From Azolla caroliniana (lineage: Eukaryota > Plantae > Polypodiophyta), in NCBI GenBank assembly GCA_043228905.1, contig JBHGNT010000007.1, positions 16,740,001-16,804,000 of the forward strand: DNA of 64,000 nt, in the 5' to 3' direction. Each line of letters begins with the position of its first letter. Positions within the stretch are counted from its first letter, which is position 1. Positions 61,172 through 64,000 of the stretch are shown here, one piece after another. The notes beneath the pieces were generated by a model. The model was given only the letters and a program-made list of their open reading frames with translations, searched no databases and was not told the origin of the DNA. Position numbers and translations under genes: made by a program.

Positions 61172-64000
61172 TGTCGTGAAGAAAACCGCCCACAAGAGGA
61201 ATCGGAGGAACAAGGCGTGGGAAACGGCTCTACACACACGCGCGCGCCAAGAAGTACCTAAGGACGAAGTAGGTACATACGAGGATCCTAGGAGGGCAGA
61301 TTCGGTTGGTATGCAGTTAATGCCAAACGGGCTCTTGACGGGCTATAAAAAGGAAGAGGAAGAATAGAAGTGGGGTATCTCCCGCGGAGAGGACGAAGTG
61401 CTGCCGAACCGATTTCGGAGCTTCTCTCTCACTCCTGCTCTCTCTGTCTTCTGCTCCATCGCGTACCTGTGCAGGTTTCGAGGAGGCTTGCGCTGTTCCG
61501 TGGAACGCCCCGAGTGCGTCCTGCAGCACCTCCGACCTGTTTTCCCCTTTCTGTGCGTCGCGACATACAGGGGTCGGCAGCTGTTCGCCGCCCTGTTCGT
61601 TTTCGTTAGTATCTATTTTGTGCCCCACCGTGGGTTGTAATACTTTAGTCTGTTATTTTCTTGCATTCATAAGCACATATCTCTCGTTGTTGCGTCCATC
61701 TGCGTCGGCGTTTATTTGTGATCCCTGTTTGTTGGGCCGTGTCCCTGTGCAATCGTCGGTTCTGCGCAATCGGATCTTCGGTTCTGTGTAATCGGGTCTC
61801 TCTCTCTTACTCCTCTCTCTCTTGCTCTTCGGTTCGAGACCCCCGTGGTCCCTCCTCCTTTCTACACGCAAGGGCGTAGCAACCCCGACATCTTGGTGAA
61901 CCCGACGTGAAAGAGGCGGCAGAAGAGTAGGAAATGAAGGGGGCGGATCTTGCAGAGGCCATGGCTTCGGCCGTGGATCGGATAGTAAGCGCGCGCGAGG
62001 GCACCGGCGCCCTCGATAGAGCTATTGAGGCGGTCGTCGGAACGATCGGTCGATTCACCGGAAAGGATGCCACGAAGTACCTGGCGTCCTACGGTGCGGA
62101 AATGTTAATGCGGGACATTCCGGAAGACAGGCGTCTTGCCGGTTTCCCCCGAGTGGCGATGCCGAGCATCCACGCGGAGGTGCTCGAGGTGCGGGCGGAG
62201 AGCCGTACCTGGGAGGAGTTCGAAGGTCGGCTCCTGGAAAAATACGGACTGGACGACGCGCTCCGGCTTTCGAAGCGAAGCTTCATGGAGTGGGTGGAGT
62301 CTCCCGGGAAGGGAAGGAATGCGTCGGCACTCCTCCGGGAGTTCGAGGAGAACTTCGCGCGCCTTTCGGCGCTTGACAGGATGGTCCTGGATACAAGCCG
62401 GGTCCTGCTGTTCATCAAATCGGTTGACGAGAGGGATCGGAGTCACGTGGGCGCCCTGCTAGAAACCGAAGACGGGCTGACAGCCGACTGGACGGCGGTC
62501 AAGAGAGCCTGCGGCCGTTTCGACAAACGGCGAGAATGGGAGGATGACGGAGCAACCGGGTCGGGCTCAGTCGCGGCGAGGAAACTCGAGCCGGCGCAGC
62601 CGGTGCGAAGGGAAGAGACTCGGGAGTGGCTGGAATCCGGTTCAGCTCCGACCGGCGTGATCAGAGGCTCGACTGGAGGAGCTGCGTTGGAGGAGCTGAC
62701 GAGGGCGATAAAAGACCTCCAAATCGCACAAGCCCGCAGAGAAGGCGGAGAACCTGCTCGTGACCGACGGCCGGCGGCAGGGAACAGGTGCATGTGGTGC
62801 GACGGGGTCGGCCACATCCGAAAAGACTGCGGCGATTTCGCAGAGGCGCTGAGGAACCGGGTGGTGTACCTATGGGAAGGTCGGGTTCACGCCAACGACA
62901 CGAGAAGGGCCCTAAACCGAAACGACGGGCGAGGCGGAATGAAGAGGTTGATGGAAGAGGCGGCGGCCCGACATGCGGAAACCGTCCACTACTCGGCGTC
63001 GGCCGGTATTCGAGTCGGGGGCGGCGAGGCCCGAAAGGAAAGCAAAGCCGGATTCTGGCCGACGATGCTGGAAGGCCTTGCCGGTGCAGGGCTTAAAAGG
63101 GAGGAATCGGACCGTGCGGAGAAACGGATACGGGAGATGACCGGGTGGAGCGACCCGGTCGAGGAAAAGACGGGCTTCGTGGAAGCCGCTTGCCGGAACT
63201 ACGAGGCTCTGGTAGAAGAGAAGCGGGTGGGGAAAACCGGGACGACCGGGCCCTCACAACGATACGAGACCCGGTCCGGACCACGACGGGACGAAGCCGG
63301 CGGGGCCGGTACGCAAGATAAACCCCAGAAGGGCGGGTACCGTCTGGGGACGGAGATAGAAAGAACCACGGACTTACGAAAGGTCCTGGAGGAACGGATC
63401 CTCGACAGCAAGGTGGAGCTGTCGCTACGGGAGGTGCTGGGAATCGCCAAGAAGGAGTTCCACGACTCCATCGTGGACTTGGTGAAACGGAAGAGGCTGT
63501 CAACGGAGACAGAACCGGAAAGACCGGTGGAAGTGCGGACGACGCACCTAGACGACATGGCGCTGGGGGACGAGTGGGCGGAAAGCCACTATTCGAGACC
63601 GCACTGGGCCCGAGCGACCACGGAAACCCCGGTGAAGATCGGCGATGTCCAGGAACCGGTGATAGCTTTGGTGGACCACGGATCGGAGATCAATTTGATG
63701 TCCATGGACTTCTATAAGAAGGGCAAATGGCCGATCAACACCAAGCACGGGTGGAAAATAAGGGCAGCAACGCGCGCCACCGAGGAACTGCACGGGGCCT
63801 GTCCGAATGTGCGAGTCAAGATCGGCGACGTCGAGATTGACCAGCACTTCTTCGTGCAGGAGACGTCTTCGCATCCGGTCATACTGGGAGAGCCGTACAT
63901 CACGGCGGCGCGGATGGAGACCAAAGTGTTGGACAATGGTTCGGCCTACGCGAGGGTCAAAAGCCAAGACGGGCGCCATTCGGTCCAGTTTCTGACGGTA
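61172..64000 (+). mobile_element. Gypsy element J (relative of D), 5' part
   Basis: LTR 61172-61890 runs TGTCGTGAAGAAAACC...CGACA, with TATAAAA near 61344 and PBS TGGTGAACCCGACGTGA at 61894-61910. Confidence 0.93.
61934..64000 (+). CDS. Element J gag-protease, running off the window end
   Basis: MKGADLAEAMAS... is in frame with QFLTV at 64000 (689 codons); CMWCDGVGHIRKDC and VDHGSE present. Confidence 0.88.
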   Translation, partial: MKGADLAEAMASAVDRIVSAREGTGALDRAIEAVVGTIGRFTGKDATKYLASYGAEMLMRDIPEDRRLAGFPRVAMPSIHAEVLEVRAESRTWEEFEGRLLEKYGLDDALRLSKRSFMEWVESPGKGRNASALLREFEENFARLSALDRMVLDTSRVLLFIKSVDERDRSHVGALLETEDGLTADWTAVKRACGRFDKRREWEDDGATGSGSVAARKLEPAQPVRREETREWLESGSAPTGVIRGSTGGAALEELTRAIKDLQIAQARREGGEPARDRRPAAGNRCMWCDGVGHIRKDCGDFAEALRNRVVYLWEGRVHANDTRRALNRNDGRGGMKRLMEEAAARHAETVHYSASAGIRVGGGEARKESKAGFWPTMLEGLAGAGLKREESDRAEKRIREMTGWSDPVEEKTGFVEAACRNYEALVEEKRVGKTGTTGPSQRYETRSGPRRDEAGGAGTQDKPQKGGYRLGTEIERTTDLRKVLEERILDSKVELSLREVLGIAKKEFHDSIVDLVKRKRLSTETEPERPVEVRTTHLDDMALGDEWAESHYSRPHWARATTETPVKIGDVQEPVIALVDHGSEINLMSMDFYKKGKWPINTKHGWKIRAATRATEELHGACPNVRVKIGDVEIDQHFFVQETSSHPVILGEPYITAARMETKVLDNGSAYARVKSQDGRHSVQFLTV

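Overview
Eukaryotic, plant-type intergenic DNA; the element families suggest a seed-free plant such as a fern (inference). No host gene was found. The window is a nest of about 11 LTR retrotransposons and one LINE, which I resolved by eye from LTR pairs, primer-binding sites (PBS), polypurine tracts (PPT) and target-site duplications (TSD). Old copia O (~5460-7951, -) hosts copia B (from 7952). B's 5' LTR is split by an RTEX-like LINE (~8217-12810), and its gag hosts copia A (13262-58615). A's 5' LTR hosts gypsy C (13915-28552), which hosts intact copia E (15918-21380). A's RT hosts gypsy D (32139-57062), which contains copia H (35208-53214), then gypsy G (35959-48480), then copia F (40991-46444). 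After A come an unclassified repeat, an LTR-like fragment and gypsy J (61172 to the window end). Most notable: (1) gypsy C has no PPT; a CCA-ending copy of the 3' half of its own primer tRNA-Arg lies in its place, 2 nt from the 3' LTR. (2) The D/G/J lineage has a tRNA-Trp PBS, 4-bp CpG-centred target sites and a conserved G_GAU_UUU plus pseudoknot -1 frameshift signal. (3) C carries a ~900-aa coiled-coil extra ORF hidden by the E insertion. All divergence counts are by eye, and tRNA identities are from memory and need checking.
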